A stretch of DNA of 64,000 bases from an uncultured Chlamydiae bacterium (lineage in GTDB: Bacteria; Chlamydiota; Chlamydiia; Chlamydiales; Parachlamydiaceae): positions 1,984,001 to 2,048,000 of the forward strand of contig CAVWGN010000001.1 in NCBI GenBank assembly GCA_963754655.1, written 5' to 3'. The notes under the pieces are model-generated. The model did no database searches and was not told where the DNA came from. It saw only the letters and a list, made by a program, of their open reading frames with translations. Numbering within the stretch: position 1 is the stretch's first letter; the number at the start of each line of letters is the position of its first letter. Both the position numbers and the translations under genes were made by a program. This document shows, in pieces, positions 10,722 to 20,453 of the stretch.

Positions 10722-10802
10722 TTTGGCATGATTCAATTAAAGGTTAACATGTTTATGCCGTCCTTTCAGGACTCGATGTCTTTTTGATAGAACCCAGGCC
10801 TC
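10722..10802. repeat. Truncated copy of the REP-like element at 35.9 kb
   Basis: TTTGGCATG...CATGTTTATGCCGTCCTTTCAGGACTCGATGTCTTTTTGATAGAACCCAGGCCTC matches about 35865-35944. Confidence 0.85.
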
Positions 10803-10867
10803 ATCTTCTTAACTTAAAGCATAAGAGGTTTAAAGCTGTCCTCATACATACTTCTCACTAAAAAAAG

Positions 10868-12229
10868 CTACTCCTTTTCAAAACGACAGCCCTGAGCAAT
10901 AAGATTATCAATATAAGTTAAATCAAAATCTGATTGAATAAATTTGGGATCATCTAGCATATACAAATGAAAATCAATTGTGGAATTAACACCCCCTATA
11001 TGAAACTCACGTAAAGCACGTTTTCCTATTGCAATAGCTTCTGAGCGATCTTTTCCTCTAACAATGAGCTTAGCGATCATAGAGTCATAGTTGGGGGGAA
11101 TAGAATAGCCTGAATAACAAGCGCTATCTACACGCACATGTGGACCTCCTGGAGGTAAATAATATTCGAGCTTCCCTGGCGAGGGGGCAAAATTATGCAT
11201 GGGATTTTCAGCATTGATGCGAAACTGAATGACATGTCCATCAAATACAATATTTTTTTGCTTATACTTGAGCTTTTCGCCTTGCGCAATGCGTAGTTGC
11301 TCAACAACTAAATCAACACCCGTTAATTCCTCCGTCACAGTATGCTCAACCTGAATGCGAGTATTTACCTCCATGAAGTAGAAATTTTGCTTATTATCTA
11401 ACAGAAATTCGACCGTTCCCGCTGAAAAATAATTAGCAGCTTTCACCACATTCACAGCCGCCTGTCCAATTTTCTGTCGCATTTTGGGAGTGAGAACGGG
11501 ACTCGGAGATTCTTCAATGAGTTTTTGGCGGCGCCTTTGCGTCGTACAATCCCGTTCCCCTAAGTGAATATAATTGCCATGCTTATCCCCAAGCACCTGA
11601 ACTTCAATATGGCGAGGATTCATAATCATTTTTTCTAAATAGACATCTGGGTTTCCAAAGCTAACTTCAGCTTCAGCTCGTGCAGCAGCGAATTGCTTAG
11701 TAAATTCCTCTTCGTTGTATGCAATGCGAATTCCCTTCCCGCCTCCGCCTGCTACAGCCTTGATAAAGATAGGAAAATCCAATTTCTTAGCATCATAAAG
11801 CGCCTGCTTAAGATCTATTACAACACCATTAGATCCAGGAATAACCGGACAGCCTGCCGCTTTGGCCGTTGCTTTTGCTTTTGCTTTATCTCCTAATAAG
11901 GCAATGGCTTGGGGCGAAGGGCCAATAAAATTAAGACCGCAGCTCTCACAAATCGAGGCAAAATTGGCGTTTTCGCTTAAAAAACCATAGCCAGGGTGAA
12001 GGGCATCTGCACCGGTAATCTCACAGGCAGAAAGAATATTGGGGATCTTAAGATAAGATTTATGCGAAGGCGCTTCGCCAATACAAATGGCTTCGTCCGC
12101 ATGTAAAACATGAAGGGCTTCAGCATCTGCTTGAGAATAAACAGCAACAGTTTGAAGACCTAAATCATGACAGGCACGAATAATGCGAACCGCAATTTCG
12201 CCTCGATTAGCAATGAGAACTTTTTGCAT
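10868..12229 (-). CDS. accC: Acetyl-CoA carboxylase biotin carboxylase subunit
   Basis: KVLIANRGEIAVR, HPGYGFLSEN, FMEVNTRIQVEH, YDSMIAKLI motifs. Confidence 0.98.
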   Translation of the reverse strand: MQKVLIANRGEIAVRIIRACHDLGLQTVAVYSQADAEALHVLHADEAICIGEAPSHKSYLKIPNILSACEITGADALHPGYGFLSENANFASICESCGLNFIGPSPQAIALLGDKAKAKATAKAAGCPVIPGSNGVVIDLKQALYDAKKLDFPIFIKAVAGGGGKGIRIAYNEEEFTKQFAAARAEAEVSFGNPDVYLEKMIMNPRHIEVQVLGDKHGNYIHLGERDCTTQRRRQKLIEESPSPVLTPKMRQKIGQAAVNVVKAANYFSAGTVEFLLDNKQNFYFMEVNTRIQVEHTVTEELTGVDLVVEQLRIAQGEKLKYKQKNIVFDGHVIQFRINAENPMHNFAPSPGKLEYYLPPGGPHVRVDSACYSGYSIPPNYDSMIAKLIVRGKDRSEAIAIGKRALREFHIGGVNSTIDFHLYMLDDPKFIQSDFDLTYIDNLIAQGCRFEKE

Positions 12230-12251
12230 AAGTCGGGATGTGTCCTAAAAT

Positions 12252-12785
12252 TTATTCGATGATTCGGAAGAGTTTGGTACCAAATTCCACAGGTTGGCCT
12301 GTTTCAGCAAGCACCTCCGCAACAGTTCCTGTTACATTAGCTTTAATTTCATTCATAACTTTCATGGCTTCAATGATGCAGACAACAGTATTCTTATCGA
12401 CCTTATCTCCTACCTTGACAAAAGGGGGATCTTCAGGCGAAGAAGCAATATAAAATGTCCCTACCATAGGTGAATTGACATACACACTGTTGACATCTTC
12501 TTGAGTAGGTAGTTCTGTTGCAATAGGCGAAGTCATGGGTCTCGCAGGCATTTCTGATCCACGAGATAGGGCTTGATCAGTTCGTCTCCAGGCCGGGGGT
12601 TGCTTAAAAGTTTCATCTGCAAATTCGAGCGATGTTTCTACAAATCGTCCGCCTGCATGTTCTTCTCGTTCAAGAACAAGTTCAAAATTTTCTTTCTTTA
12701 ATGTGATACGCTTGATACCAGTACGGCCCATAGCTGCCATGAGCTCTTTAATTTGTTTTAATTCCACTTCAATTTCCTTTGTCAT
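12252..12785 (-). CDS. accB: Biotin carboxyl carrier protein
   Basis: SPMVGTFY and EAMKVMNEI biotinylation motif; adjacent to accC. Confidence 0.97.
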   Translation of the reverse strand: MTKEIEVELKQIKELMAAMGRTGIKRITLKKENFELVLEREEHAGGRFVETSLEFADETFKQPPAWRRTDQALSRGSEMPARPMTSPIATELPTQEDVNSVYVNSPMVGTFYIASSPEDPPFVKVGDKVDKNTVVCIIEAMKVMNEIKANVTGTVAEVLAETGQPVEFGTKLFRIIE

Positions 12786-12833
12786 TTATCATTAAAGTTT
12801 GATCACAAATTTATGCTAAACCTAAAATTCAGG

Positions 12834-13640
12834 TTAAAAGACACGCCTTCCCCATTGAGTAAGAAAAAGTGTTTCTTCAAATGTCGATTCTCTTTCCAAA
12901 ATAGCATTACGGTAGGGAAAACGGCCAAAACGAGCTATCTGTTGTTGATGCAAAATAGCAGATTGAAGGAAGTCCTGCATCTGAGGTCGAATTGCCTCAG
13001 GAGACTGTACGACCAATTGCCGGTAAGAAGCGACTGAAAGATCTTGAGTGGCAAAATCTTCAGAATGCTCGAGCGGCAAATAAAAAAAAGCTCTTTCGAT
13101 TGGAAAGAGTGGCTTGTCCTCCCCCTTTTGCAATCCCTCTAATACCAAAGCTTTTGCCATGCGGTCTAACGCAAATGCGCGAGGTTGATTGCGGTAAATA
13201 TGACGAGGAAATTGATCAAGCAATAAAATAAGGGCTAATAGCCCTCTGGGCGTCTCACGCCAACTATTATATTCTCCTCGACTCGCATTGATCATATCGC
13301 TTAAAAAATGATTGCGAATTTGACGATCAATCTCTGGTGTACTGGCAAACCACACTTGTAATTTCTCTTCGGGAAAAAAATCGGGACCTGGTAAAAAACC
13401 AAACCAAAAATTTAAAATATCTTCAATACGATCTTCTCCCAAAGGAACATTAGGCATCATGGGTAAGGGCTGAGCCCCTAAGGCAGGTGGCCCAGGAAGA
13501 GGTGACGGCAAAGCAGCTGTTTTAGCCGATGCTTGAGAGGTAGGGAAAGGGGCGTTTGGATAGACTTGAGCCTGTAAAAATAAAGGGATGGTTTGTAAAC
13601 AGATTCCTAAAACTTGACTTATTTTTGAATAGGCTTTCAT
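12834..13640 (-). CDS. DUF924 family protein with signal-peptide-like, Pro-rich N-terminal extension
   Basis: ILNFWFG, LLLDQFPRHIYR, FFYLPLEHSE, IARFGRFPYRN motifs. Start moved to MKAYSK, which follows an AGGAG RBS. Confidence 0.85.
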   Translation of the reverse strand: MKAYSKISQVLGICLQTIPLFLQAQVYPNAPFPTSQASAKTAALPSPLPGPPALGAQPLPMMPNVPLGEDRIEDILNFWFGFLPGPDFFPEEKLQVWFASTPEIDRQIRNHFLSDMINASRGEYNSWRETPRGLLALILLLDQFPRHIYRNQPRAFALDRMAKALVLEGLQKGEDKPLFPIERAFFYLPLEHSEDFATQDLSVASYRQLVVQSPEAIRPQMQDFLQSAILHQQQIARFGRFPYRNAILERESTFEETLFLTQWGRRVF

Positions 13641-13702
13641 GAACACTCCTAATTGCCCTCCTTTCAATGAATTTGATGGAAAGGAGGATAGTGAAACACC
13701 TC

Positions 13703-14257
13703 TTAGACACGCTGAATATATTCTTCAGTTTTGGTATCTACCTTGATAATATCACCTGTCTCAATAAATGGGGGAACCTCAATTTTAGCGCCTGTTTCTA
13801 AAATGGCCATTTTTGTTCCGGCTGATGCGCTTCCCTCTTCCTCTGTTTGAGTTTTAGCCACCATTAACTCCAAGAATTGAGGAAGTTCCACAGCAAAAAT
13901 TGTATCGCCATAGAAAAAAGCTTTAAGCTCTACCCCTTCTTTTAAAAAATTGACTTTGTCTCCCACAATTTGCGATGGAACAAGCACTTGCTCAAGATTA
14001 ACAACATCTAGAAATAAGAATTCCTCCCCTTCTGGATAGAGAAATTCTAATCGACGTTCGATTAATGAAACATCTTTAATAGGTTGATTGAGCTTAAAAT
14101 TCTTTTCAACTGTTTCACTTGTTCCGAGATCTTTGAGTTTTGTTTTAATAAAGGGAGTGCCCTTGGGAACAGTCACTTTGACGCTAGATTCCACTCGGTA
14201 GAGTTTATTATTGATAGAAATTGTCATTCCGGGAGTTAGTTGATTACTTGTCGCCAT
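13703..14257 (-). CDS. efp: Elongation factor P
   Basis: KGTPFIKTKLK and LETGAKIEVPPFIETGDIIKVDT; chlamydial efp-accB-accC synteny. Confidence 0.96.
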   Translation of the reverse strand: MATSNQLTPGMTISINNKLYRVESSVKVTVPKGTPFIKTKLKDLGTSETVEKNFKLNQPIKDVSLIERRLEFLYPEGEEFLFLDVVNLEQVLVPSQIVGDKVNFLKEGVELKAFFYGDTIFAVELPQFLELMVAKTQTEEEGSASAGTKMAILETGAKIEVPPFIETGDIIKVDTKTEEYIQRV

Positions 14258-14295
14258 AATTCCTTTAACTTTTACTAATGAAATAATTTAACGAT

Positions 14296-15024
14296 TTAAA
14301 CTTGCTCGGCTGCCATACGCATGTTTCTAATTGCCATCTTCATATCTGAAGCATGATAAAGACTTGTTCCTGCAACGAGGACATTTGCTCCTGCATCTAC
14401 GCAGAGTTTGACATTTTCTTGATTAATTCCCCCATCCACTTGTATATCAAAAGGAGGAAGCTGATGCTCGGCAGATTTTTCATTTTTAGAGGTCACTCCT
14501 CCCGCACGGATGTTCAATTGGTTGCATAAATCACGCGTAAATTTGACTTTATCTAAAACATCTTCAATAAACGATTGCCCGCCAAACCCCGGATGGACTG
14601 TCATTAAAAGAATCCTGTCACATTTATCTAAATAACGAGGAATCATAGAGATAGAAGTTTCTGGATTAAAAGCAAGCCCAGCGCAAATATTGCATCTGCG
14701 AATATAATTTAATGTTTCTTCTACCTCTTCGGTAGCTTCTAAATGGAAAGTGATATTATCTGCTCCAGCTTCGACAAAGCGCTCAATGTAATCGAATGGA
14801 TTATAAATCATGAAATGGACATCTAGAAAAAGGTCAGTTGCACGATTAATCGCTGCCACAGCCTGTGGACCCATGCTCAAATTAGGAACAAAATGACCAT
14901 CCATAATATCGATATGGAGGGACTCAGCTCCAGCATCTTGAGCACGCTTAGCCTCATCAGCTAAATAGCCAAAATCACCAGCTAAAATCGAAGGAACAAT
15001 TTTAATAGGTAGTCGTTCTTTCAT
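14296..15024 (-). CDS. rpe: Ribulose-phosphate 3-epimerase
   Basis: HIDIMDGHFVPN, MTVHPGFGGQ, VDGGIN. Confidence 0.97.
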   Translation of the reverse strand: MKERLPIKIVPSILAGDFGYLADEAKRAQDAGAESLHIDIMDGHFVPNLSMGPQAVAAINRATDLFLDVHFMIYNPFDYIERFVEAGADNITFHLEATEEVEETLNYIRRCNICAGLAFNPETSISMIPRYLDKCDRILLMTVHPGFGGQSFIEDVLDKVKFTRDLCNQLNIRAGGVTSKNEKSAEHQLPPFDIQVDGGINQENVKLCVDAGANVLVAGTSLYHASDMKMAIRNMRMAAEQV

Positions 15025-15104
15025 GAATGTCCATTTTACGTCAATTTCTCTTTATTCATACCTTGAAATTCAACCAAAGTCAAGCAGGGTGAGTGGGAGG
15101 ATGA

Positions 15105-15590
15105 CTAACCTCCTTGTACAATATTTGTGCCTAAAGCAATAGGAACAATCACACGAGGCGTTTGATTCCATACAATCCATAATTCTCCAAAAGGATTAAG
15201 ACGACCCATCGTTCTCAATCCAATGCCTAAGATTGTGATTTGCAGCGTCATATAAAGAGCAACTTTGATCATCCAGGGTTTTAGTTGCTGAGCAATTGGA
15301 ATAACGCGTGAGACAACATTGACTAATTCTTCTGGATAAAATAAAATTGTCACCCCAATAATAGCAGTCAAGGTAACCGAAAGGATCATTAAAGGATTGC
15401 GAATATTTCGCATGGCATAATCCGTGATTTTCATCAGTGGATAAGCCAAGAAATCGCCCAAATGCTCCATCCGTGTTTTGGCATATATCACTCTTTCATT
15501 GTTATCGACATCCCAAAATTCTCGAGCTCCTGCAAATTGCCAATATTCGGAAAAAGAGTTAAATCCTATAGGTGTAAAAGAAATCATCAT
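15105..15590 (-). CDS. Hypothetical membrane protein, paralog of the 15614-16150 gene
   Basis: Two hydrophobic segments; shares GD...P...LFYP.E...LR..GR pattern with its neighbour. Confidence 0.7.
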   Translation of the reverse strand: MMISFTPIGFNSFSEYWQFAGAREFWDVDNNERVIYAKTRMEHLGDFLAYPLMKITDYAMRNIRNPLMILSVTLTAIIGVTILFYPEELVNVVSRVIPIAQQLKPWMIKVALYMTLQITILGIGLRTMGRLNPFGELWIVWNQTPRVIVPIALGTNIVQGG

Positions 15591-15613
15591 TCGCTCTCTA
15601 AAATAAAAAAGGA

Positions 15614-16150
15614 TTAGACACCAGGATTAATCACATTCTTCTCATCAATTGGATCGTCATACTCATCTTGGAATGCAACTTTAACCGGCCTTGCTACGTT
15701 GACAGGAATTGCTACAAGAGGTGCTCCTCCTCTATACCAAGAATCCATTAAATCATTATTACGAAAACGGCCATAAGCACGCAACGCAGCAGAGACAATA
15801 TGGGCGACAATTGTGAGATAAGCTGCAAATTTTAATGTTTCTTGAGAAGGGAGAGGAAGTTTTGAGATGATTGCTTTTGCATAAAAAATAGATTCCTTAG
15901 GATAGAAAAGATAAGTTGTTCCTGCAAGAGCGATTTTCGTCAGCACCAGGGTAATCCAACGAGGTTCTTTCATCAAACGCCACGCTTTTTTAGGAAAATT
16001 TTCAATCATCCAAAGTCCTAAATCCCCTACTTTTTCTACCCAATTTTTATCATATCCAAAGCGAGGAATATGAGGAGCTAAACCAAATTTAGCATGTTGA
16101 TAAAAGTGATAAAATAAGCCATCAGGCGCATGATAATTTAGTCCTATCAT
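15614..16150 (-). CDS. Hypothetical membrane protein, paralog of the 15105-15590 gene
   Basis: Two hydrophobic segments and the shared motif pattern; upstream AAGGA RBS. Confidence 0.7.
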   Translation of the reverse strand: MIGLNYHAPDGLFYHFYQHAKFGLAPHIPRFGYDKNWVEKVGDLGLWMIENFPKKAWRLMKEPRWITLVLTKIALAGTTYLFYPKESIFYAKAIISKLPLPSQETLKFAAYLTIVAHIVSAALRAYGRFRNNDLMDSWYRGGAPLVAIPVNVARPVKVAFQDEYDDPIDEKNVINPGV

Positions 16151-16426
16151 AATCTAATTCCTTAAAATAAGTTTGACAAAATATATAATAAATCATAGAC
16201 TATGATCCAAATAATTAAAATAGTCAATGTAAATGTCTCATTTAGCCATAGCGCCATTCATTCCCTATCTTGCTTCCATGATTCGTATTGTGCGCTAAGC
16301 GCACATTTTATCTTTCTCCTTTTACACTTATCCTCATTCAACAACCCAGTCGGAAAAATCGCTGGATCACACTCTACAAAAGAGAAACTTTAATTTTAAT
16401 TTAACTTCTATTTATGAGATGAAATT

Positions 16427-17599
16427 ATGTCTTCCTCATCACGTGTTTTTTCAACTGGCCTTGCCATGTTTTCAATGTTTTTTGGAGCAGGCAATGTCGT
16501 TTTTCCATTAGTTGTGGGACAAACAGCAGGCGACCAAACGCCTTTTGCTCTAATGGGATTATTGCTTACTGCAGTGGGTGTTCCCTTCTTAGGCCTTATC
16601 GCGATTCTGTTATTTCATGGAGATTACCAACAGTTTTTTGCACGCTCAGGGAAAGTGCCAGGCTTTCTGTTAGCTGCGGCCATCATGTTACTGATCGGCC
16701 CATTTGGTGGTCTGCCGCGCTGCGTTGCTCTTTCTTATTCAACCTTAAAGCTTTCTTGGCCATTTTTACCTTTTAACCTTTTTAGCTTCTTGTCTTGCTT
16801 GGTCATTTTCTTTTGTGCTTACAAGAAGACTCGTATGTTAAGCTTATTAGGTTATATCCTAACTCCCCTCCTCCTTTTTAGCTTGGCTGTCATTGTGATT
16901 GTAGGGCTATGGACGGGTGAAACCAGCCCTTCTTCTTCTTTAACAGCTACACAATCGTTTTGGCATGGCTTTATGGAAGGCTATAATACAATGGACCTTC
17001 TAGCTTCATTTTTCTTTTCGGCTATCATTTATAACACTCTCAAGCAGGAATCAAAAGCTTCTAACCCCAAAGAAGAACGCGATCTTCTTTTTCTTTCTTT
17101 AAAGGCGAGTGGCATTGGAGGATTTCTTTTAGCTTTAGTTTATGTGGGATTTAGCTTGGCCACTGCTTGGCATGCTTCCAGCTTATCTATCACCAATCAA
17201 GGGGAAATTTTAGGCGCTCTGACATTAAAAATTTTGGGTCCTTATGCTGGTCTAGTCGCCTCTGTAACAATTGCACTTGCTTGCTTGACAACAGCAATTG
17301 CCCTTGCGGCTGTGTTTGCAGAATTTCTACAGAAGGTTTTATCTCGCAACCAGCTATCCTATTTTCAAGCTCTGGCCATTACATTGATTGCAGGTTTCTT
17401 GGTTTCTTTGCTGGAATTTACAGGAATTGTCACTCTTTTGGCGCCTTTATTGCAAGTCGCTTACCCTGCACTAATTGTGTTTACGATATTCAATATCGTT
17501 TCGCGTCTAAGAGCCATGAGGGCCGCCTTGCAAATATCTAGTTCAGATTTAACTGAAGAATCGAGGATGAATACAACAGTAGGAGTAAGTCAAGCTTAA
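16427..17599 (+). CDS. brnQ: Branched-chain amino acid transporter (LIVCS family)
   Basis: FSMFFGAGNVVFP, EGYNTMDLLAS, LACLTTAI. Confidence 0.95.
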   Translation: MSSSSRVFSTGLAMFSMFFGAGNVVFPLVVGQTAGDQTPFALMGLLLTAVGVPFLGLIAILLFHGDYQQFFARSGKVPGFLLAAAIMLLIGPFGGLPRCVALSYSTLKLSWPFLPFNLFSFLSCLVIFFCAYKKTRMLSLLGYILTPLLLFSLAVIVIVGLWTGETSPSSSLTATQSFWHGFMEGYNTMDLLASFFFSAIIYNTLKQESKASNPKEERDLLFLSLKASGIGGFLLALVYVGFSLATAWHASSLSITNQGEILGALTLKILGPYAGLVASVTIALACLTTAIALAAVFAEFLQKVLSRNQLSYFQALAITLIAGFLVSLLEFTGIVTLLAPLLQVAYPALIVFTIFNIVSRLRAMRAALQISSSDLTEESRMNTTVGVSQA

Positions 17600-17672
17600 G
17601 CTCTCACCTTACGCAAGCGAGGTTAAAGAATCTGTGATGTCCTTAAATAACCAAATAGCTTGATTGTTTAAT

Positions 17673-17817
17673 AGCCCTTCAGGCTCTGAACATTGGACAT
17701 TTTTGAAAGACTTCCTTCTATAACGATTGTAGGGCTATACCTATTAAATGGTACATGCTCCACAATCATTTTAAGGACGATTAAAAAAAATAGTCCATTT
17801 TCAGAGCCTAAAAGGCT
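17673..17817. repeat. Imperfect palindromic MITE/REPIN-like element
   Basis: AGCCCTTCAGGCTCTGAACATTGGACATTTTT is inverted to AAAAATAGTCCATTTTCAGAGCCTAAAAGGCT. Confidence 0.6.
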
Positions 17818-17860
17818 TCAAATAAAAAATAAACAAGGGCATCGACCCATACGCATCAAG

Positions 17861-18362
17861 CTAAGAGATGAGCTTAAGTTAAGCAACGCTTTCAGTCGCC
17901 CGCCGCTTCGCTCTGGGCTCTGTGCGGGGTTGAAGGACCCACCGTTCGGTCGCCCTCCGGGCTCGGTCACGGTGGGCTAGTAACAGTCGTCCTCCGGACT
18001 CTAGCGGCAATGTAGAGGCCATGGGAATGCTAGTCAAGGCGTTTTAATAATGCCGCGAGAGTCCGGAAGACGACTGATCCTAGCCCACCGTGACCGAGCC
18101 CGGAGGGCGACCGAACGGTGGGTCCTCATCCCCTCACCTAGTACTCAACCACATTAGTTTTGTGTATTTAGACTGCTTCAAAGCCCCGGGGTTGAATTGG
18201 CGTAAGTGGGTCCATATTGCTAATATTGACCCACTTACGCCAATTCAACCGCGGGAGCTTTCAAGCAATCTAAATACACAAAACTAATGTGGTTGAGTAC
18301 TAGAGCCCAGAGCGAAGCGGCGGGCGACTGAAAGCGTCGCTTAACTTAAGCTCATCTCTTAG
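17861..18362. repeat. Nested palindromic composite element: outer ~61-bp IR, inner ~75-bp IR and a CTAG-bounded 166-bp palindrome
   Basis: Outer arms 17861-17921 and 18302-18362; inner arms about 17933-18010 and 18049-18126; CTAGTACTCAACCACATTAG...CTAATGTGGTTGAGTACTAG at 18138-18303. Confidence 0.9.
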
Positions 18363-18363
18363 T

Positions 18364-20349
18364 CTAATGCACATCGCTTTTCTTGACACTAATGCGACCA
18401 ATCTCCGAATCTTCTAAAATTTGGCGAATGATTTGGAAAAACTGTTCTTTTTTTTGAGGATCATGCGCGCAGCAAATATACCCTAAGCAGGAATATCCGT
18501 GTGTCTTAATATAGGCATAAGCAAGCTCGGTAGAAGGAATCTGCATTTCTTGGATGGCATGATGGATACTATCTTTGATTGTAAAATCTTCCACAATAAC
18601 GAGAGTAAAAATATTATAAGGCTCGGCATGGAATCGAAGATAATAACCATCAGATTTATATTCTTTTAATCCTTCTAAGAGCATAAGGAATAAAGTTTTA
18701 AAAGCATTAGGATCCAACAAGGCCCGCACAACAACAGGAGCGAGCGAGTAAAAGAAGTTTTCTAAAAGAAGTTCATCATAATCTTTGACATCGCTTAAAA
18801 TATTGCGAATTGTAGATAAAAGCTCATGTTGTTTTGAAATCATTCCTCCATTATAATCTCTAATTTCTCCCACAACCTTTAGAAGCTCACTCACCACTGT
18901 CTGACGCGCTTTGTAAAGATCAATAGAATTATCTGCTCTTAAAAAACCATCCTTGGGCAATTTTAAACGAAAAACCGTTGCTTCTTTAGCATATTTTTTC
19001 CGCACATATCCCATAATCTTAGTGCGGTCATGCAAATATTCAACAGAAGTCTGAGTTTGTTTGAATAAGTCAGCAATTGCTAAGCTTTCAGGCTTAAGTA
19101 AACGAGCTAGAATAATGGTGAAATAAAGATGTGCATAAGCTTGCTCATCAAATATAATGGATACTTGCGGAATATCACGTACATACTTAATTTGATTGGT
19201 CAACGTCAAGATATTGCGCATGACTTCTTCTTCGTTGCGAGGCATGAAAATCGTATGCAAACGATGCTCAATGCGATTTTTAAGATTTCCAGGAAGATCG
19301 CGGCGCAACTTGCGAATTTCAGTTGATGTAAAAGAGCTGCCATCTCTTTTTTCAACTTCAATATAGGCAAGGCAAATATTTTCTGAACCTAGCTTATGAA
19401 TAAAAAAGGAATGGTCAACAGCTATAGCAGAAGGAATATAGTGTTGAATGGCTTTGATGAGATGTTTTTCTCCAAAACTTTCTTGATCGCGCAAGAAATT
19501 GACCCCTACAAGAAAACTCAAAACTCGCTTAGAACCGCCATTTGCAGTCTGAATGTGAGCACGAAAAATTTTCAAATTTAAATAACGACGATGAGAATTC
19601 TTCTTAATCGATTCTTTCAAACCTTTGCGAAATAAATATTGAATGCTAATAATTCGACTTAAATGACGCGCCTGTCGCATTGCTTTAAATTCATCTCGGC
19701 AGGTGACAAGAACATGTTGCATTTCAGTGAAAACATCTCTGTCGTAATCCTCTGGAAAGCGCTTAACAAGAAAGGCGATGAAACTCTGGATAAGAGCTGT
19801 TTTATCATCCGCTGTCAACCCTTTAATTTCCATAATACGATGGGCATAGAATTCAGAATAAATACCTAATACAATTTCTGATTCGATAATGGGGAAATTA
19901 CGCTGAATTTCTTCAAATTCTGTTTGATCAGCAACGCTAATCATCACTTCACAAAGCGTATACACTTCCTCACTCAAATAACTTAAGCGAAAATCAGTCG
20001 CATAGACCAGCACAACATTGAGTCGCCGACCAGGCGTCAACCAGCGACTAATCATCTCAAAGAAAAACTTAAAAGAATTAGACCGATATTTGGAAAGCGC
20101 AAAAAATGACAGCGTAGCAGGAAAATTCCGCGTATCCGAACAAGTAATCAAAGGGATCACTTGTTCAAGGATCTGCTTCTGATGCTTGCATGTGGCTTCA
20201 GCACTTTCTTTGGATTTAAAAAAATCAACGGGTAAAATTTTTTTAAGAGTGCGCAAAACGACGTCACGATAATATTGATTACTAATTCCATCCCCTTCTG
20301 GAGATTCAAATAAAGTTGTAATAATTAATGAATCTGGAGGATTAGACAT
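18364..20349 (-). CDS. Hypothetical protein (661 aa)
   Basis: Long uninterrupted ORF with normal composition; no motif I can recognise. Confidence 0.8.
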   Translation of the reverse strand: MSNPPDSLIITTLFESPEGDGISNQYYRDVVLRTLKKILPVDFFKSKESAEATCKHQKQILEQVIPLITCSDTRNFPATLSFFALSKYRSNSFKFFFEMISRWLTPGRRLNVVLVYATDFRLSYLSEEVYTLCEVMISVADQTEFEEIQRNFPIIESEIVLGIYSEFYAHRIMEIKGLTADDKTALIQSFIAFLVKRFPEDYDRDVFTEMQHVLVTCRDEFKAMRQARHLSRIISIQYLFRKGLKESIKKNSHRRYLNLKIFRAHIQTANGGSKRVLSFLVGVNFLRDQESFGEKHLIKAIQHYIPSAIAVDHSFFIHKLGSENICLAYIEVEKRDGSSFTSTEIRKLRRDLPGNLKNRIEHRLHTIFMPRNEEEVMRNILTLTNQIKYVRDIPQVSIIFDEQAYAHLYFTIILARLLKPESLAIADLFKQTQTSVEYLHDRTKIMGYVRKKYAKEATVFRLKLPKDGFLRADNSIDLYKARQTVVSELLKVVGEIRDYNGGMISKQHELLSTIRNILSDVKDYDELLLENFFYSLAPVVVRALLDPNAFKTLFLMLLEGLKEYKSDGYYLRFHAEPYNIFTLVIVEDFTIKDSIHHAIQEMQIPSTELAYAYIKTHGYSCLGYICCAHDPQKKEQFFQIIRQILEDSEIGRISVKKSDVH

Positions 20350-20377
20350 ACATGCCCTACATATTCTCTCTTATCTC

Positions 20378-20453
20378 ATGAACGTATTTCATTTCTGTAA
20401 AGGCTTAAATTCGAGCTCGAATTTAAGCCTTTACAGAAATGAAATACGTTCAT
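20378..20453. repeat. Perfect 76-bp palindrome overlapping the lysC stop codon
   Basis: ATGAACGTATTTCATTTCTGTAAAGGCTTAAATTCGAG followed directly by its reverse complement. Confidence 0.92.

Noticed and set aside
17693..18287. Short ORFs of 95 aa and 65 aa in the brnQ 3' region
   Set aside because: They lie within palindromic repeat elements and show no protein-like features.
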